In this document: one piece after another, positions 24,687-32,000 of the stretch
Layout: each line of letters opens with the position of its first letter
Numbering within the stretch: position 1 is the stretch's first letter
Source of the DNA: Raphidiopsis brookii D9
GTDB lineage: Bacteria > Cyanobacteriota > Cyanobacteriia > Cyanobacteriales > Nostocaceae
NCBI GenBank assembly: GCA_000175855.1
Contig: ACYB01000035.1
Location: 30,001 to 62,000, forward strand
Length of the DNA stretch: 32,000 nt
Direction of reading: 5' to 3'
The notes under the pieces: generated by a model
Seen by the model: the letters and a program-made list of their open reading frames with translations, nothing else
The model's database searches: none
What the model was told of the DNA's origin: nothing
Program-made: the position numbers and the translations under genes

Positions 24687-25850
24687 TTACTTACCCATAC
24701 CCAGTTGTTGAGCTTTTTGATAAACCTTACCCTCTGTTAGTAAAGAAGGAGCAATTATAACCTCCACCTGTTGCATTTCTTTGAGGTTCTTAGCCCCTAG
24801 GGTGCCCATACTGGTTTTTAAAGCCCCTAACAGGTTATGAGTTCCATCATCCAGTCCAGCTGGACCTTTGAGAATTTGTTCTAGGGTACCTGTTGTACCA
24901 ACGCGAATGCGAGTACCACGGGGAAGAACAGGACTAGGAGTTGCCATACCCCAATGATAACCCCGACCTGGCGCTTCTGCTGCTCTAGCAAAGGGTGAAC
25001 CAATCATTACCCCGTCAGCACCACACGCAATACACTTACAAATGTCTCCACCAGTAATTAAACCTCCATCGGCAATAATGGGAACATATTTACCAGTTTC
25101 TTGATAAAAATCTTCCCTAGCTGCAGCACAATCAGCAACTGCGGTAGCCTGGGGTACGCCTACACCTAGGACACCACGGGATGTACAAGCAGCACCTGGT
25201 CCAATACCTACTAAGACGGCTGCAGCACCAGCTTTCATTAAGTTCAAGGTTACTTCGTATGTAACACAGTTACCTAAAATAACTGGTATGGGCATGGAAC
25301 GGCAGAATTCCACTAAATCAAGTGGGGTAATGGACTCTGGTGAAATGTGGTCAGTAGAGACCACCGTGGCCTGGATGAAAATAAAATCTGCTCCACTTCT
25401 AGATACCACTTCACCATATTTGGCAGCTCCTGCTGGTGTAGCACTAACTGCGGCGATCGCACCCTGTTGTTTAATTTCCTGAATACGTTTTTCAATTAGT
25501 TCGGGCTTGATTGGTTCGGCATAGAGATCTTGCATGAGGGAAACAAACTCTTCTTTACCCACAGAGGCAATCTTATCCAAAATGGGATTTGGATCGTCAT
25601 AGCGAGTTTGAATTCCTTCTAGATTAAGAACGCCTAAAGCTCCCAACTCAGATAACTTTATAGCCATACCCACATCAACCACCCCGTCCATGGCACTGGC
25701 AATAATTGGTATTTCTCTTTCGATATTACCAATTTTCCACCTGGTATCCGCTAAACTGGGATCTACTGTTCTTTTACCGGGGACTAGGGCAATTTCATCA
25801 ATGCCATAGGCTCGGCGAGCCTTTTTTCCCCGCCCAAGTTGAATTTCCAC
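24687..25850 (-). CDS. guaB: IMP dehydrogenase family protein, short GuaB3-type lacking the CBS/Bateman insert
   Basis: 387 aa TIM-barrel sequence with the catalytic-loop block GIGPGAACTSRGVLGVGVPQ. There is no CBS pair. GTG start at 25850. Confidence 0.85.
   Translation of the reverse strand: MEIQLGRGKKARRAYGIDEIALVPGKRTVDPSLADTRWKIGNIEREIPIIASAMDGVVDVGMAIKLSELGALGVLNLEGIQTRYDDPNPILDKIASVGKEEFVSLMQDLYAEPIKPELIEKRIQEIKQQGAIAAVSATPAGAAKYGEVVSRSGADFIFIQATVVSTDHISPESITPLDLVEFCRSMPIPVILGNCVTYEVTLNLMKAGAAAVLVGIGPGAACTSRGVLGVGVPQATAVADCAAAREDFYQETGKYVPIIADGGLITGGDICKCIACGADGVMIGSPFARAAEAPGRGYHWGMATPSPVLPRGTRIRVGTTGTLEQILKGPAGLDDGTHNLLGALKTSMGTLGAKNLKEMQQVEVIIAPSLLTEGKVYQKAQQLGMGK
25453..25460. repeat. 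HIP1 octamer GCGATCGC
   Basis: Exact palindromic match read from the sequence. Confidence 0.95.
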
Positions 25851-25939
25851 TCTTGCACCTTTCTCAAATCAGTTTAAGCTAGGGTATCAAAATTAGGGGG
25901 ATATTGGGAGAGGAAAAAACTATGATCATTAACCATTAA

Positions 25940-26998
25940 CTATCTTGCAGATTGAATTTTGTCAAAGATGGCACCATCGTCAAAGAATTTCTTCTGCACT
26001 ACATCCCAACCACCTAAATTGGAAACCGTATAAAGTCTAGCAATTCTAGGAAATTTACTAGCTACCTCTTTGGCTACTGTGGAATTAACTGGTCTAAATC
26101 CAACTTTGGCAAATTCCCTTTGCGCTTGTGGTGTAAATAGGAAATTCACAAATGCTTGTGAAACTTCACGAGTACCCCGTTTATCCACAATTTGATCCAC
26201 TACGGTTACAGGACCCTCTATGGAAATATTTGTTGCTGGCACTGCGTAAGTTGTATCTGTTTTACCCTGTTGTGCTGCTAAAATTAGTTCGTTCTCATAA
26301 TTCAGTAGTGCATCTCCCTGATTCTTTTTATAAAATGCGTCACTTGCTTCTCTAGCGTCTTTGGGTAAAACTACTACATTTTTGAACACCTTTTGCACAA
26401 AGTCTAGGGCCTGATTTTCATTACCTCTATTTTGGGTCACTGATCCCCACAAAGCTAAAAAGTTCCATCTTGCCCCTCCTGATGTCTTGGGATTGGCTGT
26501 GACTATTTTTACTCCCGGTTTAATTAAATCTGTCCAAGTGTTAATACCTTTAGGATTTCCTGCTCTTGTTTCTATGGCTACAACTGAACGGGTAACTATA
26601 GAGTTATTAGGTGCTTCCTTTTCCCACCCTGGGTTAATTAAACCTGCTTTTTCTATTTTCTTGGTGTCCAGTGCTAGTGCTAATGCTACTACGTCTGCTT
26701 GTAAGCCATCAATTACTGCACGGGTTTGACTACCGGAACCGCCATAACTTTCTTTGATGATTACATCTTGACCTTTTTCCCTTTTCCACTTGGCTACAAA
26801 CTCGGGAATAATTTTATTGTAAGCAGCTTTTGTAACTGCATAGGTTACCAAAGTAATCTCTACGGTCTTGGGTTTTTGACTAATTAGCTTGTTTTGATTT
26901 GCACTTCCAGCTAATACGGGTAACACGGTACTAACACCTAAAACAACCGCCAATACTGTGTTCGTGGTTTTTAAAACCGCTATGTTTTTGATAGACAT
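25940..26998 (-). CDS. sbpA: Sulfate/thiosulfate ABC transporter substrate-binding protein (soluble periplasmic form)
   Basis: Signal peptide without a lipobox (VLAVVLGVSTVLPVLAGSANQ). The conserved sulfate-binding-protein blocks SYGGSGSQTRAVIDG and NPKTSGGARWNFLALWG are present. Confidence 0.9.
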   Translation of the reverse strand: MSIKNIAVLKTTNTVLAVVLGVSTVLPVLAGSANQNKLISQKPKTVEITLVTYAVTKAAYNKIIPEFVAKWKREKGQDVIIKESYGGSGSQTRAVIDGLQADVVALALALDTKKIEKAGLINPGWEKEAPNNSIVTRSVVAIETRAGNPKGINTWTDLIKPGVKIVTANPKTSGGARWNFLALWGSVTQNRGNENQALDFVQKVFKNVVVLPKDAREASDAFYKKNQGDALLNYENELILAAQQGKTDTTYAVPATNISIEGPVTVVDQIVDKRGTREVSQAFVNFLFTPQAQREFAKVGFRPVNSTVAKEVASKFPRIARLYTVSNLGGWDVVQKKFFDDGAIFDKIQSAR

Positions 26999-27038
26999 GG
27001 TAACTTTTCCTCGTGATTGTTGTAATCCACTGTAAACT

Positions 27039-27064
27039 GATAGACAATTTGTAATTAGTCTAAT
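27039..27064. promoter_or_regulatory. Dyad-symmetric motif GATAGAC-N12-GTCTAAT upstream of the minus-strand sbpA
   Basis: Read directly from the sequence. It lies 40 nt from ATG 26998. The same half-site family recurs at 27228-27251 and at 26990-26997. Confidence 0.3.
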
Positions 27065-27227
27065 AGTGGTACTCTATCAAATGACCCACTCAAAATCAAT
27101 AGTTAAAAGACTAAATATCTATCGTATAATCGGTGTATTTAATTAAATCATAGAATGTAGTTTTATTATAAGTAAGACTTATCTAATAATTTTTTTGATC
27201 TAGTTGGCAACTTTTGTCCCTAGATCT

Positions 27228-27251
27228 GATAGAATCACCTCATTGTCTATC
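27228..27251. promoter_or_regulatory. Dyad-symmetric motif GATAGAA-N10-GTCTATC upstream of the plus-strand sbpA paralog
   Basis: Read directly from the sequence. It lies 53 nt upstream of ATG 27305. attgtctatc (27242-27251) is the exact reverse complement of gatagacaat (27039-27048). Confidence 0.3.
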
Positions 27252-27304
27252 GTCAAAGTCAGGTTTTCTTTCCCAAATCTTTAAAAGTACCAAGGAGAAC
27301 ACAA

Positions 27305-28381
27305 ATGGGTTGGGGTTGTATATCACCCGTAAACATACTGCGTGTAAAACCGACCAAGAGTTTTATTTCACCTTGCTTAATAGGTATATTTTTAAGTGTG
27401 GTGGTTGGTGGTTGTGGAGATAGGGGAACTAATTCCTCTAGTAAAAAAGAGGTAGAAATCACCTTAGTATCCTTCGCCGTGACAAAAACCGCCCATGAAG
27501 CGATTATTCCCAAATTTGTGGAAAAATGGCAAAAAGAACATGGGCAAAAGGTGATATTTAAACAAAGCTATGGGGGTTCTGGTTCACAAACCCGTGCAGT
27601 AATTGATGGTTTACCCGCTGATGTTGTGCACCTAGCTTTAGGTTTGGACACTAAAAAAATTGAAAAAGCAGGTTTAATTCAACCAGGGTGGGAAAAGGAA
27701 GCTCCAAATAATGCTATAGTTTCCCAGTCTGTAGCTGCTTTGGTGACCCGCCCAGGCAATCCTAAAAATATTAATACCTGGGCTGATTTATCAAGAGATG
27801 ATGTAAAACTAATTACTGCTGATCCTAAAACATCCGGGGTAGCACGTTGGAATTTTCTGACTTTGTGGAACTCGGTGATTAAGACTGATGGTGATGAAGC
27901 CAAGGCTAAGGAATTTGTCAGTCAAGTATACAAAAATGTTCCAATTTTGACAAAGGATGCGAGGGAAGCCACGGATGCCTTCTTTAAACAGGGTCAAGGG
28001 GATGCTTTGATTAACTATGAAAATGAGATAATTTTGGCACAAGAAAATGGATTGAAGGTAAATTACACAATTCCTGACGTGAATATTTCCATTGATAATC
28101 CTATTGCGGTTGTGGATAAGAATGTTGATAAACATAACAATAGGGAAGTGGTAGAAGCTTTTGTTCAGTTCTTATTTACTCCCCAAGCTCAAGAGGAATT
28201 TGCCAAAGTTGGTTTTCGTCCGGTAAATAATACCGTAGCAAAAAGTAAAACCTTTGTAGATAAGTATCCTCCCGTTAAAACTTTGAGTACAGTGAAAGAT
28301 TTAGGCGGTTGGGGGGCGGTGCAGAAAAAGTTCTTTGATGATGGAGCCTTATTTGATCAGATTCAAGCCCAGGGCAAATAG
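27305..28381 (+). CDS. sbpA: Sulfate/thiosulfate ABC transporter substrate-binding protein (lipoprotein paralog)
   Basis: AAGGAG lies 8 nt upstream of the ATG. Lipobox-like LSVVVGGC. It has the same conserved blocks as the divergent paralog (SYGGSGSQTRAVIDG, DPKTSGVARWNFLTLWN). Confidence 0.9.
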   Translation: MGWGCISPVNILRVKPTKSFISPCLIGIFLSVVVGGCGDRGTNSSSKKEVEITLVSFAVTKTAHEAIIPKFVEKWQKEHGQKVIFKQSYGGSGSQTRAVIDGLPADVVHLALGLDTKKIEKAGLIQPGWEKEAPNNAIVSQSVAALVTRPGNPKNINTWADLSRDDVKLITADPKTSGVARWNFLTLWNSVIKTDGDEAKAKEFVSQVYKNVPILTKDAREATDAFFKQGQGDALINYENEIILAQENGLKVNYTIPDVNISIDNPIAVVDKNVDKHNNREVVEAFVQFLFTPQAQEEFAKVGFRPVNNTVAKSKTFVDKYPPVKTLSTVKDLGGWGAVQKKFFDDGALFDQIQAQGK

Positions 28382-28406
28382 TTGAATCAATTATAAATTT
28401 AGAATT

Positions 28407-29282
28407 ATGACCTTATCCACACCCACAGATGTGAGCAACTCCAACAGACCAGGTTTTGCCAGAGGATTGTTAAATAGCGCGACTCGTTTATCTTGGACAT
28501 GGCGAATTACTATTTTTTACTTGTTGGTCATGTTATTTCTACCCGTTTTGGCTATGTTTCTCAAAGCTGGTACAGAACCACCAACAAAGTTTTGGCAAAT
28601 TGCTACTAGTGAAATAGCTTTAGCCACTTATAATGTGACTTTTATTACTTCCCTTTTAGCGGCAGCGGTTAATGGGGTGTTTGGAACCCTGGTGGCCTGG
28701 GTTTTGGTCAGGTACGATTTTCCCTTAAAACGAATTGTGGATGCTACCGTAGATTTACCATTTGCCTTACCCACTTCAGTAGCTGGTTTAACCTTAGCGA
28801 CTGTTTACAGTGATAATGGTTGGTTAGGGTCTTTATTAGCACCTTGGGGAATTAAAGTTTCTTTTACTCGGTTAGGTGTAGGTATAGCAATGGTATTTAT
28901 ATCCTTGCCTTTTGTAGTGCGAACCGTACAACCTGTATTACAAGAAATGGAAAAGGATGTGGAAGAAGCTGCGTGGAGTTTGGGCGCTTCCCCATGGCAG
29001 ACATTTATGAAAGTGATTTTGCCACCCCTATTACCGACAATTTTAACCGGAGTGGCTTTGGGTTTTTCCCGTGCTGTGGGTGAATATGGCTCCACAGTGA
29101 TTATTTCTTCTAACACCCCATTTCAAGACTTAATTGCACCAGTATTGATTTTCCAAAGATTGGAACAATACGATTATTCGGGTGCAACAGTAATAGGGGT
29201 GGTTTTACTGCTGATTTCCCTGGTTTTATTGGTTGGAATTAATTTATTACAGGCTTGGGCAAGAAGATATGACAACAAATAA
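28407..29282 (+). CDS. cysT: Sulfate ABC transporter permease CysT
   Basis: Six-TM MetI-type permease with the EAA-like loop [15 protein letters not shown]. It immediately follows the binding-protein gene. Confidence 0.9.
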   Translation: MTLSTPTDVSNSNRPGFARGLLNSATRLSWTWRITIFYLLVMLFLPVLAMFLKAGTEPPTKFWQIATSEIALATYNVTFITSLLAAAVNGVFGTLVAWVLVRYDFPLKRIVDATVDLPFALPTSVAGLTLATVYSDNGWLGSLLAPWGIKVSFTRLGVGIAMVFISLPFVVRTVQPVLQEMEKDVEEAAWSLGASPWQTFMKVILPPLLPTILTGVALGFSRAVGEYGSTVIISSNTPFQDLIAPVLIFQRLEQYDYSGATVIGVVLLLISLVLLVGINLLQAWARRYDNK

Positions 29283-30126
29283 ATCACGACAAAAATCACA
29301 ATATCAAAAACAGCAAAATTGGGTACCATCTGTTTTAATTGCCATAGCAGTTGGTTATTTATTTCTGGTACAGTACATTCCAGCTCTTAATGTTTTTGTT
29401 CAAGCCTTTATTAAAGGTGTTGAACCTTTCTGGAATAACTTAACCAAAACAGACTTTCTTCATGCGGCCTGGTTAACTCTCTTGTTAGCAGTAATTGCCG
29501 TACCTATTAACGCTGTATTTGGTTTGTGTGCAGCCTGGGCGATCGCACGGCATAAATTTCCTGGACGTGCAATAGTTTTAAGTATTATTGACCTTCCCTT
29601 TTCCATTTCCCCCGTGGTAGCAGGTCTAATGATTGTTCTGCTATACGGGAGACAGGGATGGTTTGGAGGTTGGTTGCAATCCCATGATATTCAAATTATC
29701 TTTGCCTTTCCTGGGATGGTCCTAGCGACTTGTTTTGTTAGTATGCCATTTGTTGCTAGAGAAGTGATTCCAGTATTGGAGGAGTTTGGTAAAGATCAGG
29801 AAGAAGCAGCAAAAACCCTGGGAGCTAGTGAGTGGCAAACATTTTGGCGTGTTACACTGCCCAGTATTCGTTGGGGTTTACTTTATGGTTTAATCTTAAC
29901 TAATGCCAGGTCCATGGGGGAATTTGGGGCGGTTTCTGTAGTATCTGGAAACATAGCTAATACCACCCAAAGTCTACCTTTGTTTGTAGAAGATGCTTAT
30001 AAACAATATGAAACAGAAGCAGCTTTTTCTGCAGCAGTTTTGTTAGCACTTTTGGCAGTGGTCACCCTGGTGTTAAAAGAGATTTTAGAGCGCAAAACTC
30101 GTATTAAGGATGATGGAGAAAACTAA
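29269..30126 (+). CDS. cysW: Sulfate ABC transporter permease CysW
   Basis: Start is taken at ATG 29269 ([11 protein letters not shown]...), overlapping the cysT end by 14 nt. EAA-like loop [21 protein letters not shown]. Confidence 0.9.
   Translation: MTTNKSRQKSQYQKQQNWVPSVLIAIAVGYLFLVQYIPALNVFVQAFIKGVEPFWNNLTKTDFLHAAWLTLLLAVIAVPINAVFGLCAAWAIARHKFPGRAIVLSIIDLPFSISPVVAGLMIVLLYGRQGWFGGWLQSHDIQIIFAFPGMVLATCFVSMPFVAREVIPVLEEFGKDQEEAAKTLGASEWQTFWRVTLPSIRWGLLYGLILTNARSMGEFGAVSVVSGNIANTTQSLPLFVEDAYKQYETEAAFSAAVLLALLAVVTLVLKEILERKTRIKDDGEN
29539..29546. repeat. HIP1 octamer GCGATCGC
   Basis: Exact palindromic match read from the sequence. Confidence 0.95.
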
Positions 30127-30169
30127 TTGTGGGATAGGCGTTCTTTCCCACCTTCACCTGGTTGACGGT

Positions 30170-30175
30170 TATAAT
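30170..30175 (+). promoter_or_regulatory. Candidate -10 box (TATAAT) upstream of ileS
   Basis: Exact TATAAT 35 nt upstream of GTG 30211. No convincing -35 element. Confidence 0.3.
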
Positions 30176-30210
30176 TGACCAAATAACAGCAAATATATAG
30201 GCATGAAACC

Positions 30211-32000
30211 GTGACCGAAACTGGAAAATACAAGGATACCGTTAATCTCCCCCAAACTGATTTTGATATGCGGGCAAATGCAATAAAACGCGAGCCGGAA
30301 ATTCAAACATTTTGGGCGGAAAATAACATTTACTCGCGCCTGTCTCAAGAAAACCCGGGTGAACTATTTATACTTCATGATGGACCTCCCTATGCCAATG
30401 GCTCATTGCATATTGGTCACGCTTTAAACAAAATTCTCAAAGATATTATTAACCGTTACCAATTACTGCAAGGTCGTAAAGTTAGATACGTGGCTGGGTG
30501 GGATTGTCACGGACTACCAATTGAATTGAAAGTCCTGCAAGCTATGAAGTCCCCAGAACGGCAAAATCTTACTCCCCTACAGTTACGTCAAAAAGCAAAA
30601 GATTTTGCTCTAGCAGCAGTTAGGGAACAACTAAGTAGTTTTAAACGTTATGGGATATGGAGTGATTGGGAGCATCCCTATTTAACTCTACAGCCAGAGT
30701 ATGAGGCTGCCCAAATTGGTGTATTTGGCAGAATGTACTTAAAAGGATATATCTACCGAGGTCTTAAGCCTGTACATTGGAGTCCTAGTTCTAAAACCGC
30801 TTTGGCAGAAGCTGAATTAGAATATCCAGAAGGACACGTTTCTAGGAGTATTTACACTGTCTTTCCAGTAATTAAGGTTTCGGAAAAGCTGAAGTCAGTT
30901 TTGGCACCTTTTATGCCCGATTTGGCACTGGCTGTGTGGACAACTACTCCCTGGACCATACCTGGCAATTTAGCTATCGCAGTCAATGGGTCATTAAATT
31001 ATGCGGTGGTGGAGGTTTTACCTAATGAAAATTCCCTTTTCCACCACAAATATCTGATTGTGTCCACTGATTTAGTTCCCCGGTTGACCACCATTCTCAA
31101 TGTGGATTTGAGAGTGCAGGCAAGTTTTTCTGGTGAGGATTTAGAACATACTATCTACCGTCATCCCCTATTTGACCGGGAAAGTCCTGTGCTTATTGGT
31201 GGTGATTATATTACTACTGATTCCGGTACGGGTCTGGTACATACAGCTCCCGGTCATGGTCAAGAAGATTACATTGTCGGACAGCGTTATGGCTTACCAA
31301 TCCTCGCTCCTGTAGATGAAAATGGTAATTTTACTCAGGATGCTGGTAAATTTGCCGGTTTGAATGTTCTAGGGGAAGGTAACCAAGCAATTATTGATGC
31401 TCTTGCACAAGCAGGTTCTTTACTAAAAGAAGAGGCTTATCAACATAAATATCCCTATGACTGGCGTACTAATAAACCAACCATCTTCCGAGCTACAGAA
31501 CAGTGGTTTGCTTCAGTTCATGGCTTTAGAGAGGATGCTTTAAAAGCGATCGCCTCAGTCAGGTGGATTCCTCCCCAAGGAGAAAACCGCATTACCCCCA
31601 TGGTAGCGGAGCGATCAGATTGGTGTATTTCTCGTCAACGAGCTTGGGGTCTTCCTATTCCCGTATTCTACGACCAAGAAACGGGGGAGGTGTTGCTAAA
31701 TGAGGACACCATTAATCACGTTCAAGCTATCATTGCCCAGCGAGGTTCTGATGCTTGGTGGGAACTAGAAATTGCAGAACTCTTACCAGAACCATACCGT
31801 AGTAATGGGCATCAATATCGTCGAGGTATGGATACTATGGATGTGTGGTTTGATTCTGGTTCTTCCTGGGCAGCTGTAGCTAATCAGCGACAAGAACTAA
31901 CTTATCCCGTTGATATGTATTTGGAAGGTTCAGATCAACACCGAGGCTGGTTCCAGTCTTCCCTATTAACCAGCGTAGCAGTAAATGGCATTGCTCCCTA
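30211..32000 (+). CDS. ileS: Isoleucine--tRNA ligase, N-terminal ~596 codons; the 3' end lies beyond the window
   Basis: Not in the ORF track because there is no stop in the window. My translation from GTG 30211 gives (M)TETGKYKDTVNLPQTDFDMRANAIKREPEIQTFW...PPYANGSLHIGHALNKILKDII...WDCHGLPIE. Frame 1 is closed upstream by TAA 30184-30186, with no ATG in between. Confidence 0.95.
   Translation, partial: MTETGKYKDTVNLPQTDFDMRANAIKREPEIQTFWAENNIYSRLSQENPGELFILHDGPPYANGSLHIGHALNKILKDIINRYQLLQGRKVRYVAGWDCHGLPIELKVLQAMKSPERQNLTPLQLRQKAKDFALAAVREQLSSFKRYGIWSDWEHPYLTLQPEYEAAQIGVFGRMYLKGYIYRGLKPVHWSPSSKTALAEAELEYPEGHVSRSIYTVFPVIKVSEKLKSVLAPFMPDLALAVWTTTPWTIPGNLAIAVNGSLNYAVVEVLPNENSLFHHKYLIVSTDLVPRLTTILNVDLRVQASFSGEDLEHTIYRHPLFDRESPVLIGGDYITTDSGTGLVHTAPGHGQEDYIVGQRYGLPILAPVDENGNFTQDAGKFAGLNVLGEGNQAIIDALAQAGSLLKEEAYQHKYPYDWRTNKPTIFRATEQWFASVHGFREDALKAIASVRWIPPQGENRITPMVAERSDWCISRQRAWGLPIPVFYDQETGEVLLNEDTINHVQAIIAQRGSDAWWELEIAELLPEPYRSNGHQYRRGMDTMDVWFDSGSSWAAVANQRQELTYPVDMYLEGSDQHRGWFQSSLLTSVAVNGIAP
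31546..31553. repeat. HIP1 octamer GCGATCGC
   Basis: Exact palindromic match read from the sequence. Confidence 0.95.

Noticed and set aside
30128-30150. Hairpin gtggga-N11-tcccac just after cysW, considered as a terminator
   Set aside because: It has only a 6-bp stem with an 11-nt loop and no following T-run, so it is weak evidence.
1-32000. Search for CRISPR arrays, transposases or IS ends, integrases, tRNA/rRNA genes, toxin-antitoxin pairs or known defence-system genes
   Set aside because: I saw no spaced direct repeats, no DDE or tyrosine-recombinase-like ORFs and no tRNA-like cloverleaf sequences in the intergenic regions. The window reads as conserved chromosomal backbone.

Overview
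The window looks like chromosomal core DNA from an AT-rich filamentous (Nostocales-like) cyanobacterium. I read 13 exact HIP1 octamers (GCGATCGC), and the gene set is typical: a panC-cmk fusion, DUF1830/DUF29/DUF4168-type genes, an SLH protein, and sulfate-transport genes. Coding density is high: about 33 protein genes, from a 5'-truncated holA to a 3'-truncated ileS. I found no transposase, integrase, CRISPR array, tRNA or rRNA, and no recognisable defence island. The best-supported extra is an unlisted small RNA. A Yfr1-type sRNA lies between the guaB-type gene and trxA on the minus strand, with ACTCCTCACAC flanked by two hairpins, the second a terminator. The best candidate for an undescribed system is a tightly coupled minus-strand cluster at about 8155 to 4085. 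It encodes a His-rich 4-TM protein, a B12-domain radical SAM enzyme, a DICT sensor fused to a degenerate HD-GYP domain, and a pentapeptide-repeat protein. It is bounded upstream by a strong terminator. Other points: an orphan ABC ATPase with its catalytic residues replaced, next to a small membrane protein; a class-I-type LysRS; divergent inverted sbpA paralogs with dyad motifs in their shared promoter region; two NtcA-box-like promoters; and four genes whose ends are displaced by 1-nt frame disruptions, three in A/T homopolymer runs (sequencing error or gene decay). All family names come from motif recognition and recall; no database search was run.
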